Source: Histomonas meleagridis 2922-C6/04-290x
Lineage: Eukaryota > Protista > Parabasalia
Assembly: GCA_020184695.1 (NCBI GenBank)
Contig: JAANOX010000071.1
Location: 1-64,000 of the forward strand
Direction of reading: 5' to 3'
DNA: 64,000 nt
Below, in pieces: positions 49,407-60,586 of this stretch. The notes beneath the pieces are model-generated. The model had not been told where the DNA came from. It searched no databases and saw nothing but the letters and a program-made list of their open reading frames with translations. Each line of letters opens with the position of its first letter. Position 1 is the stretch's first letter. A program made the translations under genes and the position numbers.

Positions 49407-50243
49407 TTGAAACGTAAATTTATTTCTTATCCTATAACTCATATCGAAAAACCCATAGAAATAGAAAAAATGATCATCCAAAATAAAAAAGAAAGTAAAA
49501 AATTAAATGAACAAAAAGAAGCACAACAAATGTTTCAAGAGATTAATGACTTTGAAAAACGTAATAATGGAAAAGCATATAAAACAACACAAACTAAGTC
49601 ACCAGAACCAAGAGAAGAACACCAACTTTCCGAAAAAATTATTTGTAAGCCACCATCTCCAATTCAATTTTATGACATTTATCAAACCAAATCAAATCAT
49701 CAATTTTCCACTAAAGATAAAACAACTCACAAATACGAACCAAGAGCTGGTTCTTTTTCTATTCTTGATGAACCTATTCTTCCATCACATGCATTTAATT
49801 CTTATCATTTTGAATATCTAAAAAAGCCATTTTATTATACAACAAAATGTCAAGACAAAAATGGTATTCCAGTACTGGATAAAACTCTTCGTGATTCAAA
49901 TGAACGAAAAAGAGCTGTTTTTAACAGTGTTGTGAATTCCAAATTAGAATCCGAGAAAAAGAAAGAGCAAAAAGAATTACAAAGAATGAGCTTAAAAAAC
50001 AGAGAATCAATACAACAAAAAAGAGAGAAAACAAATCAAATGTATATTAAAACAGGACAAAATTGGGTATATAAGAAACCATTAAATGTTCAGCCTAAAA
50101 ATGTTATTACAAACGAACAAAAATTATCTGAAGAAGACATCGAAGCTATTAATCATATGAACAAAAGAGACGAAGAAATAATGAACGAAATCAAAGAAAA
50201 GAAATCACAAGAAATGTTTAACATACAATACACAAAGAACTGA
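49407..50243 (+). CDS. Lys/Glu-rich hypothetical protein
   Basis: 278-codon open frame; the start is uncertain (first ATG at 49470). Confidence 0.6.
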   Translation: MKRKFISYPITHIEKPIEIEKMIIQNKKESKKLNEQKEAQQMFQEINDFEKRNNGKAYKTTQTKSPEPREEHQLSEKIICKPPSPIQFYDIYQTKSNHQFSTKDKTTHKYEPRAGSFSILDEPILPSHAFNSYHFEYLKKPFYYTTKCQDKNGIPVLDKTLRDSNERKRAVFNSVVNSKLESEKKKEQKELQRMSLKNRESIQQKREKTNQMYIKTGQNWVYKKPLNVQPKNVITNEQKLSEEDIEAINHMNKRDEEIMNEIKEKKSQEMFNIQYTKN

Positions 50244-50406
50244 ACAAATTACAAAAGCGAAATTATCGATGATCTCATCTGAAAAGATAAAATAGTTTAA
50301 AATTTGATAATGAAAAATTTACAAAAAAGTGCTCTTCAGTTGGTTAGACGGCTTTGTAAACTATTCAAGCTAAGCCTCACCTCACATAAAGAAATTTTCA
50401 AGCAAA

Positions 50407-51348
50407 ATGAAAAGCCCCTTGTGGGTCGATCCCAAAACTGGAATTAATCCTTTTGAACAGAAGCATGAAAAAACAGATTCAGTAATGAAATTCATCCAAG
50501 TCATATTAGGCATTTTAAAATTTCCATTATTTTTTCTGTTATTTGGATTAAGCTTTTTTTATTACATCTTATCTCTTGTGGTTCCAATTCCAACCATTAG
50601 GAAGCTAGTTCTTAGATTTTCTTCATATTTTTTTTTCAGAATAATGTTAGCCTTAACAGGAAATTATTCCATTCCCGTTATTCCAACCCCACTTGTTGAA
50701 ACAACAGCTGAACCTGGTGAACTAAGGGAAGTTCAACCAGGTGATATTATCATCACACAATTTTCTTCATATTTAAATTTCTTCTGGCTTCAATACAAAT
50801 ATTCTCCCATTTTTGTCATACCTAAAGATTCCACAACCGTTACATCCGTTTCCATCTACTCATTATTTTTATCAATAATAATGGACATCAAAATCATTGG
50901 TAAAGAAACATCACTTAACGATGTTATCATTGCTGCCAAAGCCTCAGGTATTCCAATTGTTCTATTTCCCGAGGGTACCAATACCAATGGATTTGGAATT
51001 TTGCAATTTTCACATTTTGGTGACAAAACCGATTTTTCGGGAATTCATTTTCATATTTTAAGTTTTTCACATCATTTGTCTAATAACATTTGCCCAGTTT
51101 ATGTGTACGGCGGCGGATTTTCTCATCTTTTTTCTACAGTCGGCAGAGTTGTATCGAAAATGAAAGTTCGCGTTGCACTTCCACAAGACGTACCGAAACA
51201 TACGGATGAAATAGACGCGAAATTCATTGAGCGTTGTAGGGAAATCCTTTCGATTATTTCGAGAGTGCCAATGATTTCGGTGGATAAGGAATCAAAGAAA
51301 TTGTTTTTAGATAACGTAAAAAATAGAAATAAGTTACATAATGAATAA
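50407..51348 (+). CDS. PlsC-family lysophospholipid acyltransferase (LOA1/Vps66-like)
   Basis: N-terminal WVDPKTGINPF, TM segment and PIVLFPEGTNTNGFGILQF. Confidence 0.8.
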   Translation: MKSPLWVDPKTGINPFEQKHEKTDSVMKFIQVILGILKFPLFFLLFGLSFFYYILSLVVPIPTIRKLVLRFSSYFFFRIMLALTGNYSIPVIPTPLVETTAEPGELREVQPGDIIITQFSSYLNFFWLQYKYSPIFVIPKDSTTVTSVSIYSLFLSIIMDIKIIGKETSLNDVIIAAKASGIPIVLFPEGTNTNGFGILQFSHFGDKTDFSGIHFHILSFSHHLSNNICPVYVYGGGFSHLFSTVGRVVSKMKVRVALPQDVPKHTDEIDAKFIERCREILSIISRVPMISVDKESKKLFLDNVKNRNKLHNE

Positions 51349-51678
51349 AATTTATTGTTTGAAAACATTTTTATTAATTAGAGCTTTCATAAAAGTTAAT
51401 GTTTCAACTCAGCATTAATTTGTAAATATATCGAAACACTTGAATTATGTAATTTATTTGAAGCTTGTCTAGAGACAAAGTATTGATATTGTATTTATAG
51501 ATGAAATCTCGCTAACATTTCTAGTTTTATTCGTAATAAGAATATCTATATATGTTCATGAATTATAATTTGATCATCTGAAGGTAAAAATTGATTTATT
51601 AGGTAATTTTTGGTGTGCTAAAAAAAGTATGTACACTTAATGCAAAGTGAGTGTTTTTTAACCCTAGAATAGAAAATT

Positions 51679-54600
51679 TCAAATTTTCTTTGCTGGGCGA
51701 AACTTTTTTTCTATTATTTCGACGGCTTCATGGTTATAAGTTGCTTGAGCTATACCATATGCTGTATTAAATATTTTAAATAATTTCCAAACATTATTTT
51801 GATATATAAAATTATTTAAATGAATTTTATTAAAGGTATATTAATATCTTTAGCATTTACATTGATTCTTTTTTGATTAAGAAGTAATAAAGCCACATGT
51901 GAATTACGTCTTTTCAAAGATATTATAAGTGCTGTTTCAAATAATTTATATAATTTTTATATATTTTTTTGAAATCATAAAATATTAAAAGAAATTTTAA
52001 ATAAAACGAATAAATATTTGTTGTATTGATATCAATTCCTTTTTGTTTAAGAAGTAATTTAACTATTTCTGTATGTCCATTTTCAGATGCTTTCATAAGT
52101 ACTGTATCAAATAATCTAAATAATTTCCAAATTTTATTTTGAAATATGATATTACCAAAACTAATATTATATTATACAAATAAATATCCTTATCATTAAT
52201 ATTAATTTCTTTATGCTCAAGAAGGATTTTAATAATTTCTATATGCCCATTTTTTGCTGCTATCATAAGGGCTGTTTCAAACAATTTAAATAATTTCCAA
52301 ATATTATTTCGAGACAATATATATATAGAACAAATTAAAAACGATATAAAAGAACATTTTTTTCATTTATGTTGATTCCTTTATGTATAAGAAGCAATTT
52401 AGTTATTTCTATGTGATTACCAAGGGATGCAAAACTTAGTGCTGTCCATAATATTTAAAATAATTTCCATATATTACTTCGAAATATAAAATAAGTAAAA
52501 TAAGAATCATGAAATACATATAAACTGTTTTAGAATTGATTTCAATTTCTTTTTTATCAAGAAGTGATTTGACAATTTCTATAATCCCTTTTTGAATTGC
52601 ACAAATAAGTGCTGTTCTAAATATTTTAAATAATTTCCATATATTATATTGAAATAATAAAATATTAAAAGAAATTTTAAATAAAACAAACAAATCCCTT
52701 TAATATTAACTTCAATATCTTTTTGTTCAAGAAGTAATTGAACTATTTCTGTGTGCCCATTTTCAGATGCATAAATAAGTGCTGTGTTAAATATTTTGGA
52801 TAAATTCCAAATTTTATTTTGAAATATTAAATTATTAATACAAAATTTAAATCATTCAAATAAATGTCTTTAATATTAACTTCAATATCTTTTTGTTCAA
52901 GAAGTAGTTTAACTATTTTAATGTAACATCGTTTTGATGATATTATAAGTGGAGTCTCAAATATCATAAATAGTTTCCAAATAACATTTTAAAACATTAA
53001 ATTAATATTATGAATTTCAATTGAATAAAATCAATATCTTGTGTATTAAAATCTATCTCTCTATGTTTAATCAAAAACATTGCTATTTCAGTGTATCCTT
53101 TTTTCAGAGATAATAAAAATGGTGTGTCAAATATTTTAAATAATTTTCACATATTATTTTGAAATATAATAATATAAAAATAATATTTAAAAAGCATAAA
53201 TAAATATTTTTATACTCAAGATCTATTCCTTTTTGCTCAACAAGTAAATTAGCTATGCCAATATATCCATTTTTCAAAGATATTAAAAGCGCTGAATTAA
53301 ATAATTTAAACAATTTCCAAATATTATTTAAAAATTAAAAATTGTTAAAACAAAGATTAAAACATATAATTAAATATCTTTAACATTAAGATCTATTCCT
53401 TTTTGCTCAATAAGTAAATTAGTTATGTCAATATGTCGATTTTTCAAAGATATTAAAAGCGCTGAATTAAATAATTTAAATAATTACCAAATATTATTTA
53501 AAAATTAAAAATCGTCAAAATAAATCTCAAATGAGATGATTAAAGATCATGAACATTAATATCAATTTCTTCTTGTTCAAGAAGTAATTTAACTATTTCT
53601 ATATAACCATATAATGATGCATACATAAGAGCTGTATGAAATAATTTAAATAATTTCCAAATAATATTTTAAAACATAAAATTATAAGAACAAATATTAA
53701 ATAAAACAAACAAATATTTTTAGCATTAATGTCAATTTCTTTTTGTTTAAGAAGAAATTTGACTGTTTCTAAGTAACCTTTTTTAGATGCTAAAATAAGT
53801 GCTGTATCAAATATTTTGAACAATTTCCAAATTTAATTTTAAAATATTAAATTACAAAAATATACATTATATAAAACAGGTGAATATTTCTCACATTGAT
53901 ATATCTCTTCACATAATTGAAAACATATTCAACAAATTCAATATTCTTAGAACCAGCACATAGAACAAATATATCATTTGTAAATTGATAATCTTTAAGC
54001 AAACTTCCTAGTATAAATAAATCACAAGTCTGCATTAATTCAATTATATAAGATTCTGTTATCTTTATATTTTCTTTTGGAAGCAAATAATAAAGAATTT
54101 CATACGAATTACATAAAAAACATTTCTTCATTAAAGCATTTATATTCACATCGAATTCTAATTTATTTTCATAAATATATTTAAAAATATCATTTCGATG
54201 AAATTCAATTGCAGTTTCATATGCATTTTTAAATGATGAATGATTTTGTTCACATAAATGAATTATCTCCAAATTTCCGCCTGCAACTGCATATTTACCT
54301 GTGTCTTCTATTTTAGAACCATTCATAAGTAAATATTTAAAACAATTTACTGAACCAAAAAATGCAGCATAATCAATTAATAGAACATTCATTTGATTAA
54401 CAAATGAACATCTTTCATAAAGTGATGGTGCAATGAATCGATTAAAGTTAAAATGTAATTGAGAAGATATTTCTTGAAGTTTTTCTATTTCATCATTTCG
54501 AATTATTTTTGCAATTCCATTTGGATTATGTCCATCGTTAGCCAATTGTTTATGAAGCTCCCAATCATTTTTAGAAAGCTCTTCATAATCCTGAAAAAAG

Positions 54601-55079
54601 TTTTGAGAGAATTGATCTTTTGGGTATCTGAAAATTTCTTCCATGGATAAATATTGCGCAAAATATATACTGTTTTCTTTATTAATTATTATACGAACAT
54701 TTACTAAATTTTGTTCAAACATCTTTCCTAAAAGATAATTTGATTCTTGAGAACCTATTGAAGTTAAAACATCCCAAAAAATATTCATTATATGAGATTC
54801 TTCGTTACCATATTCCTTTTCAATTTCTTTGAGAAAATCAAAATAAATGTTACAATCTTCCATTTGTGCAACAAAAGATGTATATACCATTTGACATATA
54901 AAATTAAAAAATGGATTTGGATTATTTTTGTAAAATAAAAATCGTATAGAATTCGCAGATTCTTCAATATTTTCACTATTCAAATTAAAAATAACTTCTT
55001 CAAGTGATATCAAATCTAGAAAATGATCTTCATTTTTGCTTTGAATAGTTTCAGATGAAATTATATTGGCTTTTTGCAT
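51679..55079 (-). CDS. DUF3447-type ankyrin protein with 13 putative non-canonical 74-nt introns (predicted 812 aa)
   Basis: Exon 1 55079-53888 (1192 nt), twelve 96-nt stop-free ankyrin exons and a last exon 51773-51679 (TAYGIAQATYNHEAVEIIEKKFRPAKKI*) total 2439 nt, an exact 813 codons. Confidence 0.75.
51774..53887 (-). other. Array of 13 putative 74-nt non-canonical introns at an exact 170-bp period
   Basis: Repeat-start codons at 53805, 53635, 53465 ... 51765. First intron 53887-53814, last 51847-51774. Confidence 0.7.
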
Positions 55080-55340
55080 AAATATTTATGAAAATAAGTT
55101 GACAAATTCATTTCCACTTTTTGAGCATTAAACAAAAAAGTACTCAATTCAACAACCGTAAATGTTGCTGAAAAAAAGATGATAACATACAATACTGGAG
55201 TCATACAGTCGAATTTTTAATTCAGCAAATTTTAAACAATGAGTTTTCAATGTTTACAAATAATGTTTAAACCAAAAATTATTTTTCATTATAGAGAAAT
55301 TTTAAAAGCTTTTATATCAAATTCATTGCTAAAAAATATT

Positions 55341-58300
55341 TTACTTATGCCTAAATTGATAAAGATTTCTCTCTTCTTGTTGAAGAAGTTTTAGTTGTTC
55401 ATTGATTCTTTGTTGCATATTCAGCTTACGAATCATTACATTCCCTTTCTTTGGTCTTGCATTCTCTTCCTGATCGAGTTTCTCTTGAACAATTGCTTTT
55501 GAGCGCGAAATTACCGAATCAGCATTTTGTGATACTTCCTTTACAAGCTTATTCATAATTCCTTCTGGATCACCTCCTTTCAGAAGGACCTGAGAAACAA
55601 GCGCAGCAATTGTCGCCTTAATTATACGTGAAGCAGCAATTACTTTATATTCAGCATCAGCTTCATTCCCATTAACTAAAGATTCAGCGCAAATGATAAT
55701 AAGTTCTGATGCTTCTGATAACTCTTGCGCTGCTTTAATGAGACCTCTTTCATTTTCAATCTTTTTATTAGATAAAAGTAATTTATTTGTGATATCTTTT
55801 GCTCTTCTAACAATTGCTGCTGAAGCAGAAAATATTGGATTAGCGGCTGATATTAAATAAGCAGCAAGAGTTCCAGATGCAGCTTCAAGATTAGAAACAT
55901 CTATATGAGATTCTTCTTCGATTTGAAATTCTGTTTCTCTTTTAACTTGTTCTTCAAATTCCTTTAGTTTTGATGTCATTAATTCAATTGCATTCGATGT
56001 TGCATTTAATTCTTTTGTAACTTGATCTAATGAATCATCTTCAACTACAATTTCAATTTTTGATGCAATATCAGCAAGTTTTATGCATTTTTCAAATGTA
56101 GTATCAAACATTTTAATTGAATCACACATTTCTTGTTCAAAATTCGGAGTACGAAGAAGTCGATTCTTTGTTGCTAATTGAAGATCATTAAGTGCACTAA
56201 CAAGTGAATAAATAGATGTTTGTTGTTCGACTTGAGAACTTGAATCAACTGTAACAACAGCCATAATTAAAGCTTTTTCGATGAATTTGATTGTAGCATC
56301 ACGAACACTTTTAATCGCATCTAATAACTCACTTGAAGCAACTGAATATGTTTCAATTAACGTTTTAAAGTTACTTGTCGTTTTATAAACAATACGTTTA
56401 GCTATATTTATTTCTTGAAGTGCTTCGCTTGGTGATGATTTAACTTTTGGTAATTGTGGTACTGAGTAATCACCTGGAACTTTTCCTGCAGCTTCTTTAT
56501 CAGGTTCAATAATAACTATATCTGTAAGTGCTGCACCAGTTTTACACATATTAAGAGTTACTTTACATAGGTCAACAACTGATAAATAAAGAACTTTTGG
56601 TGGGAAGATATCATTAAAATCAATTTTCTTTGTGGATTGAATTACTGAATTAACTTTATTTTCTAATTCATTCATCAAAGAACCTATTTCAGTTGATGTT
56701 TTTCCAACAGCTTTACTTCGAACTTTGGAAACAGATGATTTTAATTGATTTGTAATATCATTAATGTTTTGAATTATATCTTTATAATGAGATTTATACA
56801 TTTCTGGAACAAGCGCAACTGATACTAAAGCATTTAATCTTGCAACTTGTACAACTAATGTTGATAAATTAGCAAATAACATATTTTTTATGACTTCGAA
56901 TTCAGAATTTGCTTCCAATGAATAAATTTCTTGGTTTTCAACAATATTTATTAAGGAATCAAATTGGTTCGTCATTTTTCGATTAATTCTTCTTAACTCT
57001 GGTGAAATATCTTTTGATGAATTTGATATTGATAATGTCTTTTCTATAAATTCACCAAAATCTAATGCAAGTTGACTGAAACAATTTGTAAATGTAGCAG
57101 ATATTGGCGAAAATGTAATTCCTGAAATAATTAATGAATGCATAACAAGAATTATTACATCTGAAAAATTAAGAAGCATTGTTTTAAGTGAATCAGCGAA
57201 AATTGTATTATCTTTACTCTTTTCTTTAACTAATAATAAGATTTTATTAACTTCTTCAGAAAATATTTCTGATTTATCATAAACAAGATCACATATATCA
57301 TCCATATCATGAAGATCACTAAGTTTTGAAAATTGATCAGGAATAATTTGAAGAAGTTTTTCTGCAAACTTTAAGATATATTCATTAAGTTGATCTTTTG
57401 TTACTTTATTTCTAATAACTAATTCTAATATTTCACGTATTGAAATTTCGTTTTGTGGAAATACTTGGAAAAATCCTTTAAGATGATTTAATGCAGATAT
57501 AACTTCAAGTGTATCATTTGTTTTTGTTAATTTTTCTTTAGTACGAATAGTATTTAAAGAAAAAATAATTCTTTTTAGGATTTTTGCAAGATAATCATCA
57601 ATCTCTGATTGTTTAAGTCTAGAAATTGGATATAATCCATGAATTTGTGAAATATTCCCATAAATCTTCATAAATTGAGCTGAAGAATTATGATTTAATT
57701 CAAGCGTATGATGAATAATTTCAATTAACTTTGTATGAAGACGAGAAACAATTGGTCCAATTGTTTTCCCAAAGTTGTTTTCATGAACTGCAAGAGAAAC
57801 AGAAAGTGATGCGAAGCCTTCAATAAGTGAAGAACGATCTGTCGTTTTTGCAGTTAATAATTGATTTAATGCATTAGATAATTTTGATATTGCTTCATCA
57901 ATACTCAAAATTTTGGACTGTGTTGCATTAAACCATTGATTAATAGCAATTTTTGTTTCAGGATTAGTTGAATTCCTCATAGTAAAAATGATTACATGTG
58001 CAAAATGTTTAAGTGTTGGCGATTGTAATGAAAATATTTTTGCATTTAATTTTTTCATTTCTTGAACTCCACCAAGTTCTGTGCTTAGAAGTGAAGGTCG
58101 AAGAAGATCAAAAGCATTTGAAATAAGACTTTCTAATGTTTTAATAATAGAAGGAATACATTTTTGAAAATGTGCTGCTTCTGGATGATTTTCTCCTGCT
58201 GCTTTAGTAATTGCAACAGGCCAAACAATATCATAATATGTACGCAATGATTTCATTCCTGGTATAAAAGTAAGATTTGAGTTTGATTGATTTTTTATAA

Positions 58301-60320
58301 ATAAATCACACATTAATATATAAATGAAAGGTGTTGATAAATAACATATTGTTTTTTCATCCAATTTTTGTATGTTTTTTTGTGATTCCATTAATAATTC
58401 AGATGACTTTAAAAGATATCCTACAATAGTTGAATAAAACATACTTTGTTCATTAAATGAACATAATGATGGTAGAGAAGTAACAAAATTTGGTATTTTA
58501 GAAAGAAGCGAACAAAATATATCAATTGCTTGTTTGAAAATTTGATCAAGTACATTTCCATTTACTGAAAGAAGTTGAATAACTTTATCTCTAATATTTG
58601 AAATTTTGGAAATATTATTAACCATAGTTATAATATCTTTAAAATCATAAAGTAAAATGTTAGGTGTTGTTTTCATTAAAATTTGTGTTTCTGATAAAAT
58701 TTTTAAAGTATTTTGAAACTCTCCTTTTCCTCCAAGTAATAAAACAACAGATATCGGGAAAGTTGCAATATTTGAAATTGTTTGTGAAATTATTTGTGTT
58801 GATGAAAAAATTGCTAAATAGAATTGAGCAACCCATTTTGAATATCGATCACTTAATTGTATTATTTGTTTGAGAATATCAGATAAATTTTCTTTGATAT
58901 TTTTATCACTACAGCTTTCAATAAGCTTTCCTAAGGATAATGGAAGTGGAATAAGAGCACAAAAGAATCGTTGTTGAACTTGAATAAAATTCTTTGATTC
59001 TACATCAAAATCAATAATATTTCTTATTGTCAATAAATATAAGTTAATTTCATTTAACATATTTTCATCAAAAAATTCAAAATTTACACTTATAAATTTG
59101 AAAATTTGAGAAACTAACTCACGTGTTTCATTAAAAACGCTTTTTGTTATTAATCCAATTATTTTTGCTAATGATATTAAGTTATCTGATGAACTATATA
59201 TATCAGGAAGAATAGATAAACTATAAATTATAATACTGGATACAAGAAGCGCTTTATCTTCTCTTTCTATTTTCTTATCTTGAAGAAATGATGATAATGA
59301 ATTAAATGTTCCAATAGCATTTTTTCCATATATTTTAACATGTTCTTTTGTATTAACTAATACTTTTTTAGCAATAGCTAATAAATCATCAAATGATTCA
59401 TTCATGTCCATATAAGATCTCTCAAATTTATTTATAATTTTATTAATAGGAGAAACAACAAAGTTCATTTCAATTCCATTGAGAGATTGCATTGATTTAC
59501 ATAATTCAAGAGTAGCATTAGCAAATTCATTGGAATCAGAAACAAAAGGCTGAATTGATCCGAGTATGGTAGATAAATTTGGTAATTGTAATAAAATTTG
59601 TTGAATTGTTTTGATTATTTCTTTATGATTATCTTTTTTGATTTTTATTAGATTTCTTGACAATACAATTATTTGCTTTGACCAAAAATTTAGTTGTTCT
59701 TGTTGTTTAGGTGATGCCTTAATGTTTTTGTTTACTGATAAATATATTAACTCAATAAATAGAAAATCAAAAGATTTTAATATGTTAGAAATTTGCTGTG
59801 AAATATTTAATTCTTTCTCTGGAATTGATTTAACTTTAACATTGCTTTCCCATAATTTTATGTTGTCATTAATCTTATTAAATTTCTTAATAGTAGAATT
59901 AACTTTCTCTATAATAATTCCTTGACTTTGAGGAATGGTTTTACGAGACTTTGGTGAAAATTGAGGAATAAATTTTTCTATTTCTTTCAATTCATTCAAC
60001 GACTCTGAAATCAATTTATCATTATTTGTTTTAGAAACATGACTTTCAGGAGCTTTTATTGCTTCTTTCAATGCAGGGCATAAAGCAATGACTTTAACAT
60101 AATCACATCCAATTGGAGGCAATGGTCCATTCGGTGTTTGCTTTACTCTTTTTAATATAATAGTCAATAAATCATAAATTGAATCTGCTATTCTTTTTGC
60201 TCTTTTAATTTCAAACCCTGCATTGTCAAGTTGAAAGGCGATTTCTTTTTCCAGCATATCATATATCTTTTGTGGTTGAATCCTTGATAATGAATATATG
60301 AAAGAAGGATAGCTATCCAT
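55341..60320 (-). CDS. Large helical talin-rod-like protein with C-terminal I/LWEQ actin-binding domain
   Basis: C-terminal ERGLIKAAQELSEAS...EYKVIAASRIIKATIAALVS...KLNMQQRINEQLKLLQQEERNLYQFR resembles I/LWEQ (THATCH) plus its dimerisation helix; all-helical rod. Likely ATG at 60320. Confidence 0.7.
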   Translation of the reverse strand: MDSYPSFIYSLSRIQPQKIYDMLEKEIAFQLDNAGFEIKRAKRIADSIYDLLTIILKRVKQTPNGPLPPIGCDYVKVIALCPALKEAIKAPESHVSKTNNDKLISESLNELKEIEKFIPQFSPKSRKTIPQSQGIIIEKVNSTIKKFNKINDNIKLWESNVKVKSIPEKELNISQQISNILKSFDFLFIELIYLSVNKNIKASPKQQEQLNFWSKQIIVLSRNLIKIKKDNHKEIIKTIQQILLQLPNLSTILGSIQPFVSDSNEFANATLELCKSMQSLNGIEMNFVVSPINKIINKFERSYMDMNESFDDLLAIAKKVLVNTKEHVKIYGKNAIGTFNSLSSFLQDKKIEREDKALLVSSIIIYSLSILPDIYSSSDNLISLAKIIGLITKSVFNETRELVSQIFKFISVNFEFFDENMLNEINLYLLTIRNIIDFDVESKNFIQVQQRFFCALIPLPLSLGKLIESCSDKNIKENLSDILKQIIQLSDRYSKWVAQFYLAIFSSTQIISQTISNIATFPISVVLLLGGKGEFQNTLKILSETQILMKTTPNILLYDFKDIITMVNNISKISNIRDKVIQLLSVNGNVLDQIFKQAIDIFCSLLSKIPNFVTSLPSLCSFNEQSMFYSTIVGYLLKSSELLMESQKNIQKLDEKTICYLSTPFIYILMCDLFIKNQSNSNLTFIPGMKSLRTYYDIVWPVAITKAAGENHPEAAHFQKCIPSIIKTLESLISNAFDLLRPSLLSTELGGVQEMKKLNAKIFSLQSPTLKHFAHVIIFTMRNSTNPETKIAINQWFNATQSKILSIDEAISKLSNALNQLLTAKTTDRSSLIEGFASLSVSLAVHENNFGKTIGPIVSRLHTKLIEIIHHTLELNHNSSAQFMKIYGNISQIHGLYPISRLKQSEIDDYLAKILKRIIFSLNTIRTKEKLTKTNDTLEVISALNHLKGFFQVFPQNEISIREILELVIRNKVTKDQLNEYILKFAEKLLQIIPDQFSKLSDLHDMDDICDLVYDKSEIFSEEVNKILLLVKEKSKDNTIFADSLKTMLLNFSDVIILVMHSLIISGITFSPISATFTNCFSQLALDFGEFIEKTLSISNSSKDISPELRRINRKMTNQFDSLINIVENQEIYSLEANSEFEVIKNMLFANLSTLVVQVARLNALVSVALVPEMYKSHYKDIIQNINDITNQLKSSVSKVRSKAVGKTSTEIGSLMNELENKVNSVIQSTKKIDFNDIFPPKVLYLSVVDLCKVTLNMCKTGAALTDIVIIEPDKEAAGKVPGDYSVPQLPKVKSSPSEALQEINIAKRIVYKTTSNFKTLIETYSVASSELLDAIKSVRDATIKFIEKALIMAVVTVDSSSQVEQQTSIYSLVSALNDLQLATKNRLLRTPNFEQEMCDSIKMFDTTFEKCIKLADIASKIEIVVEDDSLDQVTKELNATSNAIELMTSKLKEFEEQVKRETEFQIEEESHIDVSNLEAASGTLAAYLISAANPIFSASAAIVRRAKDITNKLLLSNKKIENERGLIKAAQELSEASELIIICAESLVNGNEADAEYKVIAASRIIKATIAALVSQVLLKGGDPEGIMNKLVKEVSQNADSVISRSKAIVQEKLDQEENARPKKGNVMIRKLNMQQRINEQLKLLQQEERNLYQFRHK

Positions 60321-60586
60321 TCTATAAAATATATTAAAAAACCAATAAAGGACTTCTATACATCTAAAAATTAAATTTTTATGGTTGATTTCGAAAAAAA
60401 CCATCTCTATATCTATTAGGTTATTTTCTTATAGTATTAACAATAATTTTATTCATATAGCATTAAAACAAATATCTCCGGTAATTTAAATTATCTCTAA
60501 AAAATATTTAAATGAATTAAGCAAACAAAATTATAATTTAATGCATATCCATAAATTAAGCAACTAAAATTCAAAATCAATCAAAT

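Noticed and set aside
60322-60361. 40-nt GT...AG segment upstream of the talin-like ATG
   Set aside because: Splicing it creates an immediate stop in the upstream ATG frame and there is no convincing branch motif; at most a UTR intron.
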